This document shows positions 31,018 to 41,400 of a stretch of DNA of 60,098 bases, piece by piece. Position numbers and translations under genes: made by a program. How positions within the stretch are numbered: position 1 is the first letter of the stretch; every line of letters starts with the position of its first letter. The notes beneath the pieces were generated by a model that was not told the DNA's origin, did no database searches, and worked only from the letters and a program-made list of their open reading frames with translations. Location: assembly GCA_029762535.1 (NCBI GenBank), contig JARVGK010000019.1:1-60098 (forward strand), in the 5' to 3' direction. Source of the stretch: Thermoplasmatota archaeon. Its GTDB lineage: Archaea; Thermoplasmatota; Penumbrarchaeia; Penumbrarchaeales; Penumbrarchaeaceae.

Positions 31018-32088
31018 TCATTCCTCGAAGGCGAACCTGTGATCCAATCCGAGCTCATCCCTCATGGCCATGAACTCCCGCTTGAGGCTCTCATCAAGAG
31101 GTATGCCTCTCTCTTCGGATGCCAGCATGCTGAGGTATTCCTTCTCCCCGGCGGTGAAGACCCTATCCCCTATCCTCCTGGACGAGCGGAGCTGCCGGAG
31201 GATCTCTCCGGTGGATGCTTTGAACTCCTCTGGGTCGCAGAAGGACTCGACATCGATGGCAATGAAGAAATGGCCCACGTTCAGCCCCGTCACGGACTTC
31301 AAGAAAGCTCCTCCCTGCAGAGCGCTGGAGAGCACCTCGATGACCGTGGACAACCCGTATCCCTTGTAACCCGCCCCCTCCTCCCCCGGCCCGCCCAGGG
31401 GAACCAAGGCGGCCTGTCCGTTGGTGAGCGCCTTGAGGATCGCTGCAGGGTCCGTCATCGTTGTGCCGTCGGCCCCTATCACCCACCCGTCTGGAACCTC
31501 CTTTCCCAGCCTGGCGTAGTATTCGATCTTTCCTCTCTGGGTCAGGGACGTGGCGCAGTCCAGAAGGAATGGAAAATCCTCATCAGTGGGGATCCCCACC
31601 GCCAGGGGGTTGGTCCCCAGCATGCCCTCCGTCCCGAAAGTGGGGGCCACGCTCGGCCTGGCATTGGTCCCGGACATGCCGATCATCCCCTTGAAAGCGG
31701 CCATGCGTGCGTAATAGCCCGCAATGCCGTAATGAGTGGAGTTCCTGACCACGGCCATGCCCATGCCGTATTCCGATGCCTTCTCTATCGCGATCCCCAT
31801 CGCTCCTGCGGCGATCACCATGCCCATCCCGGTGTGCCCGTCAATGACGGCCGTGGAGGGTGACTCACGGATGATATCGAGTTCCGTCACGGGTGATTGC
31901 AGCCCCTTCCTTATCCGATCGTAATAGAAGGGCTTCATCCGGTTAACGCCATGGGAGGTGATCCCCATCCTGTCCGCTGTCAGTATAACATCAGCGCATA
32001 GTCTGGAATCCCCCTCGGGCACACCAAGGGCGCAGAACACGTCCCGAATGAAATTTTCGGCCTCCTCAAAGCTCAAACCGGGATCCAT
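31018..32088 (-). CDS. Ldh_2 family (malate/L-lactate/L-sulfolactate dehydrogenase type 2) oxidoreductase
   Basis: AD..G..SHG, NSTHYG, GTNP, YKGYGL. Confidence 0.9.
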   Translation of the reverse strand: MDPGLSFEEAENFIRDVFCALGVPEGDSRLCADVILTADRMGITSHGVNRMKPFYYDRIRKGLQSPVTELDIIRESPSTAVIDGHTGMGMVIAAGAMGIAIEKASEYGMGMAVVRNSTHYGIAGYYARMAAFKGMIGMSGTNARPSVAPTFGTEGMLGTNPLAVGIPTDEDFPFLLDCATSLTQRGKIEYYARLGKEVPDGWVIGADGTTMTDPAAILKALTNGQAALVPLGGPGEEGAGYKGYGLSTVIEVLSSALQGGAFLKSVTGLNVGHFFIAIDVESFCDPEEFKASTGEILRQLRSSRRIGDRVFTAGEKEYLSMLASEERGIPLDESLKREFMAMRDELGLDHRFAFEE

Positions 32089-32107
32089 TGGCCCACTTCC
32101 TTTGAAT

Positions 32108-35100
32108 TCATATCTTGCCCTTTACCCCGCAATGCGGGCAGACTATCTCCGTGGCGTTCTCCTCGATCTCGAACATCTCCCTGCACTTGGGGCATCTCAG
32201 AGTGAGCTTCTCGGGCCCCGGGCCGAAACGCTCCTCTATCAACCTCTCGGTATCGGAATCCAGGTCCCCAACCGCACCGCAGAAGGGGCATGAAAGCCTA
32301 TCGACCCTTTCGGAGACCTCGAAGAGACCGGAGCATTTGGGGCAGATGATCGGTATGGACTCCGTCTCCTCCTGAGGAGGCCCCTCCTTGTCCTTTGTCT
32401 CTTCCTTTTCGTCTCCCGGAAGCGAATCCACCACGCCCTTGGCGCCGCATCTGTCACAAATAAGGTGCACGGGCCTCTCTCCCGTGTCCCTGTAGGCGAA
32501 CACATGCATGCAGGCCGGGCATTTGATCCGGACCACGTTCTCCTTCTTCTCCGGGGCCGGAGGCGCCTGCCTGGGCGCGGGAGGCGCCTTCGCAGGCTCC
32601 GGCATCTTCTGCATGGGCGGGGCGAACTGTGCAGGCATTTGAGGCCCTGCAACGGGCGGGGGTTGTATGTCCAGCGTTCGCCTCTTGCGTGTGAAGATGA
32701 ATATCAGTACGATGCAGAAAAGTATGATGAAGGCCGCCACGATTATGAGCAGCACGTCGATGCCTTCTTGCTCCTCGGGCTCGATCTCGACGAAGATCCT
32801 CGCGCTCGAATATACGACCGTGCCAGACCTCTCCACCACAACTCGAACATCGATGGTGTTCGGTCCCACGTTGCCCTCTCTCGTGTCCCAGTCGTAGCTC
32901 CAAGTGGACCAGTCCAGGCTGCCCTTGCACTTGAGCCATTCCCCTCCGTTGATGCTTATCTCCACCGAACTGATAAGGGAACCGCCAGCCTCCCTGGCGG
33001 TCCCGCGAACGGTGACGATATCCCCCACAATGGAATTGTTCCCGGGGGAAGTGATCCTGGGCGGGGCAAGCTCCTCAACGTTCACCTGCAGCGAGGAACG
33101 GACCTCTATGTGGCCGTCCGATACCATGACCTCTATCTCCTTGTTCCCTGGCGAGGAGAAAGTATATGAGACCTTGGCCCCGGTCTTCGTATCGCCTTCT
33201 ATGTACCATGTGATCGTCAGCACGTCGTTGCGGTCCTGGTCCCTGGCCGTGGCCTCGAACGTAACGGGTAGGCCGACCATTGACCTGTCGCCTGGCGTGG
33301 ACCATACCCTGGTGAACTCCGGGGGGTAGCTCCCCCTGATCTCGATGATGTCCCTGTCCCATGCCCCGTACCTGTCAGTGACGTTGAGGGCGACCTTCAC
33401 AGGTCCCGGGCCGTTCAGTACGAACCTGATGACCTTTCCCTTGCGGTCCCTGTCGTTGTCCGGTATTCCGTCGCCGTCGGAGTCCTTTGTGATGTCGAGG
33501 TCCCAGTAGTAGGTCAGGTTGTCCCTCTCGTTGCCGTCGATGATGCCGTTTCCGTTGATATCGTCATCCGGGTCGTAGGATAGGGATCCGTCCAGCTCCG
33601 TCTCCCCCCTGCCGTCCTCGAGCGGCATGACCCTGTCCCTGCCGGCGTCGGCGACGGGCCCCTCATTCGGATAGTTCACGTCGATATCCAGCTCCGTTGT
33701 GGAGATCGCGTGCCCGTCGGAGACCTCCAATATTATGGTGAATGCCCCCTCTTCATTGAACACCGTGCCAGTGGAGAAACCCTGGGCATCGAAAGTGCCG
33801 TCACCGTCGAGGTCCCACCTGTAGGAGAGCCGATCCCCGTCCTCGTCGTATGACCCGTTCGCGGTGATGGGCAGATATTCGCCCACCAGCGGCTCTTCCA
33901 TCAATTCGATATTGGCCACAGGTATGGAGTTGATCCTGATCCCGAACATTGCCGTGGAATTGGTATCGGTCAAGGAGCCGTCATCGACCGTCAGCCTCAC
34001 GTCGTAGCTGCCCCACATGGACCATGAATGGTCCACCTGGGATCCGGTCCCGATCCTTCCGTCCCCGAAGTCCCACCTATATGATAGCTCGTCATCGTCC
34101 GGGTCCGATGACAGGGCCCCTGAGAACCGTGCGGTCTCGCTCACGTTCACCACGGATGGCCCTTGTATCACGGCAATAGGCGGACGGTTCCTGACCGTGA
34201 TCGTTACCGAGTCCTCGTCAGAGAGATCGTCAAGGTCGGTCACGTTCAGGGTGACGTTGTGAACGCCCTCTTCGAGCGTGGTCTCCAAAAACATGCCGTA
34301 TCCTATGACCCTCCCCTGGCCGATATCGGTCCTCCAGGTGAAGTTCAGTATCTCGCCGGGATCGGGGTCCGCCGTGGGGGAGGCGTCGAAGTCGATCATC
34401 TCGTTCTTGTTGTAGGTCGAGGCCATGGACTTGATCCTGGCGATAGGGGCGGTGGGGGGGTCCCTTACCCTGATCTCCACCTCCTCCAGATCGTGTCCGC
34501 CGTTGGGATCGGACACGTTCAACGTGATCATATGCCATCCGACCTGGGAGATCGCCCTGGTGAAGAACCGCTCCCCGGAGAGCTGTCCTGTGATGTTCGA
34601 TGTCCATGTGAAGGTGAGCGGCCTTCCTTCGGGATCGGAGCTGGTGTTCGCCGAGAACTCTATCGGATCCCCTTTGATATATACTGCCCCGGAGGGGCCG
34701 GGGGAGAGCATGACCGCGTTCGGGGGCAGGTTCGCGTCCACGAACACGTTCACCGAATCGGTGTCGTTCTGCCCATCGGGATCTGTGACCTTTAGTTCGA
34801 AGACAAGCGTGTCCACGATCGTCACCTTGAACGTGGGAGTTATAGACCCGGGATCGTTGATCACGATGGAGGAGTGGCTGGTGCAGCTCCAGAGGAAGGT
34901 GCAGTTGTCGATGTCCTCGTCCGAGCTCAGAGTTCCGTTGAGCATTACGACGTCGTTCAAGAGGACCCCTGAAATATCCTGCCCGGCGTTCGCGGAAGGA
35001 GGCAGCCCCTCATCCAGCGGCGAGTCCGCCGAGATCGCGATCAGCATTGGTGAAGAGATAAGGAGTGCAATGAGAAGCAAGGCGGACTTGCGGTTACAGA

Positions 35101-35158
35101 ACCCATTGCTGCTCGTCCTATCCTTAGACAACATCCGTATCGCTCCTTCCCAGCGCAC
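32108..35158 (-). CDS. Multi-PKD surface protein with TM and three cytoplasmic zinc-ribbon modules
   Basis: S.DPD...L...W, WDFGDG, DxDxDG Ca-binding motifs, TM, Pro-rich linker, six CxxC; start may be 35131. Confidence 0.88.
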   Translation of the reverse strand: MRWEGAIRMLSKDRTSSNGFCNRKSALLLIALLISSPMLIAISADSPLDEGLPPSANAGQDISGVLLNDVVMLNGTLSSDEDIDNCTFLWSCTSHSSIVINDPGSITPTFKVTIVDTLVFELKVTDPDGQNDTDSVNVFVDANLPPNAVMLSPGPSGAVYIKGDPIEFSANTSSDPEGRPLTFTWTSNITGQLSGERFFTRAISQVGWHMITLNVSDPNGGHDLEEVEIRVRDPPTAPIARIKSMASTYNKNEMIDFDASPTADPDPGEILNFTWRTDIGQGRVIGYGMFLETTLEEGVHNVTLNVTDLDDLSDEDSVTITVRNRPPIAVIQGPSVVNVSETARFSGALSSDPDDDELSYRWDFGDGRIGTGSQVDHSWSMWGSYDVRLTVDDGSLTDTNSTAMFGIRINSIPVANIELMEEPLVGEYLPITANGSYDEDGDRLSYRWDLDGDGTFDAQGFSTGTVFNEEGAFTIILEVSDGHAISTTELDIDVNYPNEGPVADAGRDRVMPLEDGRGETELDGSLSYDPDDDINGNGIIDGNERDNLTYYWDLDITKDSDGDGIPDNDRDRKGKVIRFVLNGPGPVKVALNVTDRYGAWDRDIIEIRGSYPPEFTRVWSTPGDRSMVGLPVTFEATARDQDRNDVLTITWYIEGDTKTGAKVSYTFSSPGNKEIEVMVSDGHIEVRSSLQVNVEELAPPRITSPGNNSIVGDIVTVRGTAREAGGSLISSVEISINGGEWLKCKGSLDWSTWSYDWDTREGNVGPNTIDVRVVVERSGTVVYSSARIFVEIEPEEQEGIDVLLIIVAAFIILFCIVLIFIFTRKRRTLDIQPPPVAGPQMPAQFAPPMQKMPEPAKAPPAPRQAPPAPEKKENVVRIKCPACMHVFAYRDTGERPVHLICDRCGAKGVVDSLPGDEKEETKDKEGPPQEETESIPIICPKCSGLFEVSERVDRLSCPFCGAVGDLDSDTERLIEERFGPGPEKLTLRCPKCREMFEIEENATEIVCPHCGVKGKI

Positions 35159-35213
35159 ATGCTGGGCATGCTCCGATAGAGGGCCGATGAATATAAATCA
35201 TTTGGCCCCGGGG

Positions 35214-35543
35214 TTAGAAGAAATCCTTCAGGAGCATGATCTCGTCCAGAGGCCCCTTGACCTTGAGCTTCTTCAAGGCGTAGGCATAGAGGGGGCTCAT
35301 CTTCTTCTCGATGATCTTGGTCATCGTCGCCGTATCGGTGGTCACCCATAGAGTTGGCTCGTCCAGGGTGCCTTCTCTGGGTTCGAGGACCTTGCCCCCC
35401 GTTATCTCTATCACGTACGTTCTCTCGTCCGTGAAGGACAGCACAAGCGTTCTGTCCTTCGCGTTGGCCATCTCCCTCATCTTCTCGTCCGAGGCGATCT
35501 TCTCGTTCACCCTGGCGCACATCTCCTTGAGTATCTCAAGCAT
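35214..35543 (-). CDS. SCP2 sterol/lipid-binding domain protein
   Basis: SP..AY...KLKVKG.L C-terminal SCP2 signature. Confidence 0.8.
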   Translation of the reverse strand: MLEILKEMCARVNEKIASDEKMREMANAKDRTLVLSFTDERTYVIEITGGKVLEPREGTLDEPTLWVTTDTATMTKIIEKKMSPLYAYALKKLKVKGPLDEIMLLKDFF

Positions 35544-35547
35544 ATAT

Positions 35548-35964
35548 TCACATCTCCTGTTCGATGATCCTTATGAGGCCCCTGCCGGAGTTGACCCGGA
35601 CCCTCATCCCATCTTTCAGCCTGTCGAAGTCCCCTTCTCTGAGGCGGTGGACAAGCGGTATGCCTGCAGCTATACATCCCATCGTAATAATAGCATCGGA
35701 TACGAGCATGACCATGGCCGCAGGTGAGTTGTTTTGAAGCTTCATATTATAGATCACGTAGGAGCCGACGGTCGATCCCTTGCCCTCCCTGAACGCAAGT
35801 ATTCTGTCCCTGACCTGGTGCCCCTCTCCCTTGAACGTGACCATGCCCGTTTCGGGGTCCGCGTCCCCCAAGAACGAGATGGCACCATCAAGCCTTAGGA
35901 CCTCTCCATCCACCCATGAGTCGGATATGCCCCTTAGTCCCACTCCGGATATGTCGGCGTCCAA
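35548..35964 (-). CDS. DUF126 / aconitase X swivel subunit (phosphomevalonate dehydratase small subunit-like)
   Basis: ISFLG..DP.TG, GKGSTVGSYVIY, P.A, A.IP. Confidence 0.85.
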   Translation of the reverse strand: MDADISGVGLRGISDSWVDGEVLRLDGAISFLGDADPETGMVTFKGEGHQVRDRILAFREGKGSTVGSYVIYNMKLQNNSPAAMVMLVSDAIITMGCIAAGIPLVHRLREGDFDRLKDGMRVRVNSGRGLIRIIEQEM

Positions 35965-35977
35965 ATCGATACCCCGG

Positions 35978-36727
35978 TCAGTTCTCTTCCTCTGGGCGTT
36001 CTTTCTCTGCCGCGGGCTTCTCCTCTTCAGCGGCGCCGGCCATCAGGGCCATGGCATCGATCTCGGAAGTGGGATCAGTATCCTCCGGGACCCCGAACTC
36101 GAGCTTCAGCTCCTCGTCGAAGACCGGGCCGCTCCCGGCCTTTTCGCCCATTGCCTCTTTTCTTACCTCTCTGGCGGGCTCCGTCCTTCTCTCGTATGGA
36201 TCGTCGGCGCTAACGACCTCTATCGATCCATTTTCCATGGCAGGGGATGGACCATTGTCCGATCCTCCGTCTGGCTCGGTCGATGCCGATGCGAGCACCT
36301 CCCGATCGACGATGCTCTCCATTGCCTCGATGTCCTTCTCGTCGATGAGGGCCTCTGGGGCTTTCGGTTTGGCCTGGACGGTCCCCAAGGAGTCTGAGTA
36401 GTTCGGCCTCCTCTCGGCCTGGGCGAGCATCCTCTTTCTATCGATCTCCTCCTGGGTCATGGGCCTCCAGACCGAGTAGGAGAGTCCTTTGTACGGCCTG
36501 TTGTGATAGATGGGGTCCCAGGTCTCGATGAGAAGGTCGGCCTTGAGATCTCGGGCCATGGCCATGGCGTCCTTCCTCAATTTTTCCGTCGCCCGGTCCA
36601 GATCGAAGGAGAATGCCTCCGAGCACTGCGTCCAGCCCCTTGATTCCAGGGCCTTGAATATGTCCCTCTGCCTGTCAAGGGTTATCGACTCGAAGCGGAT
36701 GTTCTTCTTCTTTCCGAACAGACCCAT
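35978..36727 (-). CDS. Hypothetical protein with acidic low-complexity C-terminus
   Basis: ORF in operon context; MGLFGKKK start after SD-like site. Confidence 0.65.
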   Translation of the reverse strand: MGLFGKKKNIRFESITLDRQRDIFKALESRGWTQCSEAFSFDLDRATEKLRKDAMAMARDLKADLLIETWDPIYHNRPYKGLSYSVWRPMTQEEIDRKRMLAQAERRPNYSDSLGTVQAKPKAPEALIDEKDIEAMESIVDREVLASASTEPDGGSDNGPSPAMENGSIEVVSADDPYERRTEPAREVRKEAMGEKAGSGPVFDEELKLEFGVPEDTDPTSEIDAMALMAGAAEEEKPAAEKERPEEEN

Positions 36728-36843
36728 TTTTATACCCCTTATCTCATCCATTGCCAGGACAGATGTCGGATGAGGGCCTTTGGGTTATTTTTTTATTTCC
36801 CTTCACGCTATCCGACGACCAAACATAGACATCGATGTGGTAA

Positions 36844-37266
36844 ATGATGGATGTTCTGCCCTTGAAAGGGCCTTCGAGGATGAAGGAGGCCGGGGTAAGG
36901 CGGACCCCCCCCGTCGTATCCTGGATAGCGATAGTCACCGGCGTATTCCTCGTCGGGATCGGTCTCCTCCTCCTCCTGTGGGGTCTCTCGTGGCAGGGGG
37001 CCCAGGAGGAAACGGACCCCCTTGAGCCGGACACGTCCGTCGGAGGGCCTTTCCTTCTCCCGGCAGGCGTATTCACCGTGGCGCTGGGATTTATATGGGT
37101 CCTCACGGGTTACAGGGGCTTCCCCAGAGGAGGGCCCGCGAAGAGGCCGTGTCCCCGTTGCGGGAAGCCTCTTGAACCCGACCTTTCCTTCTGCTATCAC
37201 TGTGGCGAGGAGATTCCCCCCGATCCCAAAGGTGATGGGAGCGATCCCGTGGTGCGAAGGAGATAG
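36844..37266 (+). CDS. Small two-TM protein with C-terminal zinc ribbon
   Basis: Two hydrophobic helices, CPRCG...FCYHCG; start may be 36880. Confidence 0.75.
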   Translation: MMDVLPLKGPSRMKEAGVRRTPPVVSWIAIVTGVFLVGIGLLLLLWGLSWQGAQEETDPLEPDTSVGGPFLLPAGVFTVALGFIWVLTGYRGFPRGGPAKRPCPRCGKPLEPDLSFCYHCGEEIPPDPKGDGSDPVVRRR

Positions 37267-37311
37267 GGGTTCTGCGAAAGTACTTCTATATCGATAGCTT
37301 TACCTGCTATC

Positions 37312-38484
37312 ATGAAAGCGGCATTGGATGCCCTCAAGAGAAGCAACATCTTCAAAGACCAGGCCAAGCTCTCCTTCGATTACGTCCCGGACGACCTTCC
37401 GGGAAGGGAGAGGCAGATGGAATCGCTAGGAAGGCTGTTCCGGTCCGTAATATACGACAGGATGGCCCAGAACGCCATGGTTACAGGTCCGGTGGGGTCC
37501 GGGAAGACGGCCGTCGTGAAGCGATTCTGCCAGATCCTCAAGGACACTGGAATAAACAACAAGAGGCTCATAGAATACGTTCACATCAACTGCAGGACGA
37601 GGAAATCGGAATCCATGGTCATGCTCTCCATACTCACCCATTTCGATCCCAGGTTCCCCGACAGGGGTTTCTCGATCCCCGAGATGCTCGAGATCATGAA
37701 GAAGTTCATAAAGAAGAGGGAATGCCATCTGGTCATAGTCCTCGACGAGGCCGACGTCCTTTTGAAGAAATCCGGGTCGGACCTCATCTATTCCTTCACC
37801 AGGCTCCAGGAGGAGGACCAGGAGATGCTGGGGGCGATCTCGGTGATCCTGGTCTCCCAGAAGCATATAATGGACCATATGGACAAGGCCTCCATATCCA
37901 CCTTCAAGAGGACGAACCTCCTGGAGTTCGGAAAATACGACAGGGAAGCCCTTCAGCTTATCGTGGAGCAGAGGATCGGCATGGCCTTCCATCTCAACGT
38001 TGTCGAGGACGGTGTCTCGGAGATGATCTCATCCATGGCCGAGGACTACGGCGATGCGCGCTTCGCCATAGAGCTGTTGTGGAAGGCAGGCCTGGTCTCG
38101 GAGGAGCAGGGCTGCGACAGCGTCACCGCCGAACACGCCCGATACGCAAAGGCCGAGGTCAAGCCCTTCATATTCGAGGACACGATATCTCAGCTCAACG
38201 TACACGAGCAGCTGATGCTCCTGGCCGCCTCAAGGCTTCTCAAGAGATCGGCATACTGCTCCACGGGGGAGCTGGAGGAGAGCTATCAGGCGCTGTGCGA
38301 GGAGGTGGGAAAGAAGCCCCTCGGACATACCCAGTTCTGGCAATACATGAAGGAGCTCAACGCCTTCGGTATTATCACCACAAAGAGGTCCGGCAGGGGA
38401 ACGGTTGGCAACACCACCCTGATAACCATAGAGGATGTCCCGGTCTCCGAACTGATCGCTTTCATGGAGAAGCGTCTGATCTGA
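37312..38484 (+). CDS. cdc6: Orc1/Cdc6 replication initiator family ATPase
   Basis: YVP..LPGRE, GPVGSGKT, INC, VLDEAD, GDARFAI, C-terminal wHTH. Confidence 0.93.
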   Translation: MKAALDALKRSNIFKDQAKLSFDYVPDDLPGRERQMESLGRLFRSVIYDRMAQNAMVTGPVGSGKTAVVKRFCQILKDTGINNKRLIEYVHINCRTRKSESMVMLSILTHFDPRFPDRGFSIPEMLEIMKKFIKKRECHLVIVLDEADVLLKKSGSDLIYSFTRLQEEDQEMLGAISVILVSQKHIMDHMDKASISTFKRTNLLEFGKYDREALQLIVEQRIGMAFHLNVVEDGVSEMISSMAEDYGDARFAIELLWKAGLVSEEQGCDSVTAEHARYAKAEVKPFIFEDTISQLNVHEQLMLLAASRLLKRSAYCSTGELEESYQALCEEVGKKPLGHTQFWQYMKELNAFGIITTKRSGRGTVGNTTLITIEDVPVSELIAFMEKRLI

Positions 38485-38487
38485 AGC

Positions 38488-41400
38488 TCACTCGCCATCC
38501 TTCACGGTGTAGTCGTCGGCGAAGAGGTCTTCGACCTGGCTGTGTTCCTCTTCGGTGTTCTGCTCGGGAGGTCTCCAGACGTTCTCCTCCTCCTCGTCCT
38601 TCTTTGCCTCCTCCGTGAGATCCTTCTCCGCCTCCTCGACGAACCCGGCCAGAAGATCCTCCTCCGGCGGGGGCGGAGGGGCAGCCTTCGGCTGCGGCGG
38701 GAGCTGCGGCTGGGGTTTCGGCGCAGGCGGCAGCTGTTTTTCCGGCTCCGGGGCGTACATCATCGGCTGCTGCACCTGCTTGGGGGATCTCAACAGGAGC
38801 GCGAAGAGCACCACGATGACTATCAGTATGATCCCCGCAGCGATCACTATGATGAGGATGATAAGCATGTCGTTGCCCTTATCCGTTTCAGGATATGGAG
38901 GGTGATCCCCTTTGATCAAGGGATTGGTCCCGGCCAGGTATTCTTCGAGGTTCGTGAAGCCGTCCCCGTCGAAGTCCAGGTAGGAATCGTTCTTGAACTT
39001 GTCGAATCCGGTGTACTGGTCCTCGTACCAGTCCGGGATCCCGTCCCCGTCCGAGTCGAGGTTCGGGTCCACCTCCTCCTCGCTCGGGGCGATGATTATC
39101 GTCTTCTTGGCCACCCCCTCTGCCCCGTCGGGGTCCCGAACGGTTAAGGTCACTATGAAGCTCATGGGCCATTCGTAGGTGTGTCTGGAGGTCTCACCAT
39201 ACACGGGATCGGACCCGTCGCCGAAGTTCCAGATGAAGGTCAATTCATCCCCGTCCGGGTCGAAATGGTCCCTGGACCGGAACTCGATCTCGGATCCCAC
39301 CTTGAAGCCGCCGATGGCGGACATATCGATCCTGGGCTCGACCGGCGGGTCGTTCACGTTCACGATCTCGTAGTTGACCCTGACGGAGTCCTTCTTGTCC
39401 TTCTTGTCCGAGACCGTTATTATGAGCTGGTGAATTCCGACATGGTCCTGCGTGGGCAGGAATGAGAAGGTCGTGGTGAAATCGTCCTCGGGGTCAGGTA
39501 TTTCGGTGAAGGCGGGGTCGTTTATGCTGAACTTGACCGCGTCCCTGGGGTCGATGTCCTCGGCCTCCACGGTGATGATGAACAGCTCTGCTTCGAACCC
39601 GTTCTTGCCGTTCTCCGCATCCAGCGTTACGGCGCCGTTGACCACCGGTTCGCCGTTGATCCTGAGTATCGTGGGGGGATCGTTCACGTTCTCGACATAT
39701 AGGACTATGTCGATCTGCTTGCTCTGGGTCTTCTGAGCGTCCATGACGTAGAGGGTGCTTCTTGCCTCCCCCATGATCGCATCGTCGTTCGTGGGGGTGT
39801 ACGTTATGTATGCCTTGTGCGGGTCCGTCGGATGACGGGTGGCCTGCCATCCGATGCTCCCGAGCATCCACGTGAGGGAATCGGCCTGGCCGATCGAAAT
39901 GTCGGGATCATATGCCTCCGCAGTGATGTTGACCTCCCTCTTCTCCATCACGTTGTAGAACCTGGCCTCCGTATTGGTCTTGAGGTCCACGGTGTCGCCG
40001 GTGTCCATGTTCCTTAGTGAGAGGAGGACCGGGGCATCGTTAATGTTGGTCACTATGAACTTCAGCAGGCAGTGATCGTCCTCATGTGGGGGATTCCCAT
40101 CGTCTATGGCCACCTTTATCCAAGTAGTCCCGACGTCGTCGTTGGTGGGGATGAAGTCGAACTGGCCGTTGGTGTAGAGCTTGAAGGCGGGCGTGGTGGC
40201 GTTGTGGGTATAGACGAGGCTGTTCTTGTCCGCCGTATCGTTGTCCCGGCCGTATATCTTCTTGGAGCGTATGGATTGGGCCTGGGTGATCTGGAACGTT
40301 ATCCAGTCGTGGTTGTTTACGGCGGACCCGGTGAGCGTGTCCACCTTCTCGATATACGCGTCGTCGTTCACGGGTAGGATCGTCACCGTGAATATGTTGG
40401 AAGGCGTCATGGCGTCGTCGCCGGAGTCCTTCTTCCAGTCCACGCCCCAATCGAACGCCCTGACCCTGAAGGAGACGGGGGCGGCCGTGAACCAGTTGTC
40501 CTCGGTCACCTCGACCCTGAGATGCCTTCCGTCGGGGGCCACCTCGACGACGAGCTGGGAGGGGGGGGTACCCTCGGCCTTGACATCAAAGCGGAGATCG
40601 CCGTCGGACCAGTCGTCGTTGAAGTACTCCTCGAGGTCCAGAATGTCCTCCCACGGCCCCATATCTTCGTCGAAGGCGAGATCCGGTATGTCCTTGACCA
40701 GCGATGGTGGATCGTTCGGGGGGATGATCTGCACCGCGATGTTCGTGATATTGTACTGGACCTCGGCGTTGCCCTCGGCCCCTAAGAACGCCTGGCCCCC
40801 GGCAAGCCATAGCTGCAGGGGTGATATGCCCAGCCACGCCTGGCTCACCTGGGCGTTGAAGCCCACGTTGATCGGGTCGTTCCCGAACAGTATCCCCACA
40901 AAGGGAAGATTGCCCCCTCCGACAGTGGCAACGGACACTTGCTGTGAGGAGTAGTTGAACCAGAGGAAATATACCGAGGCGATCGTGGTCGTGTTGACCT
41001 TGACGTTGTAGAGGGCGGGCCCGGCGTATCCGAACATCTGCCCCCTCTCCTCGGTGGCGACATCCACCTTAAGGGACATCCGGACATGATCATCCCTGGT
41101 CGTCTGCAGTCCTTCATCCGTTATCGCAGCTGTGAGATCGTACCAGTTCATGAAATCGTGGGATATGTTGACCTTTTGCATGTTCGCGGGCTTTATGGTC
41201 CTGTTGACGAACTGACCCGAGCTATATTCTCCGTTCCAGTTGGACTGGGACACCTTCTCCAGTGTCACCTTGAAGCTGTAATCGATCTTGGTGCTGTTCC
41301 AGGACATGAACCTGAAGACAATGGGCAGAACGGCTAAGTGGTTAGGATCCACCTTCGGGATGTAAACGAACCTGGAGTGATTCCCGTGGAATTTGCCGGT

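Noticed and set aside
36752-37311. Replication origin next to cdc6
   Set aside because: Intergenic gaps are short, with no ORB-like repeats or extended AT-rich unwinding element
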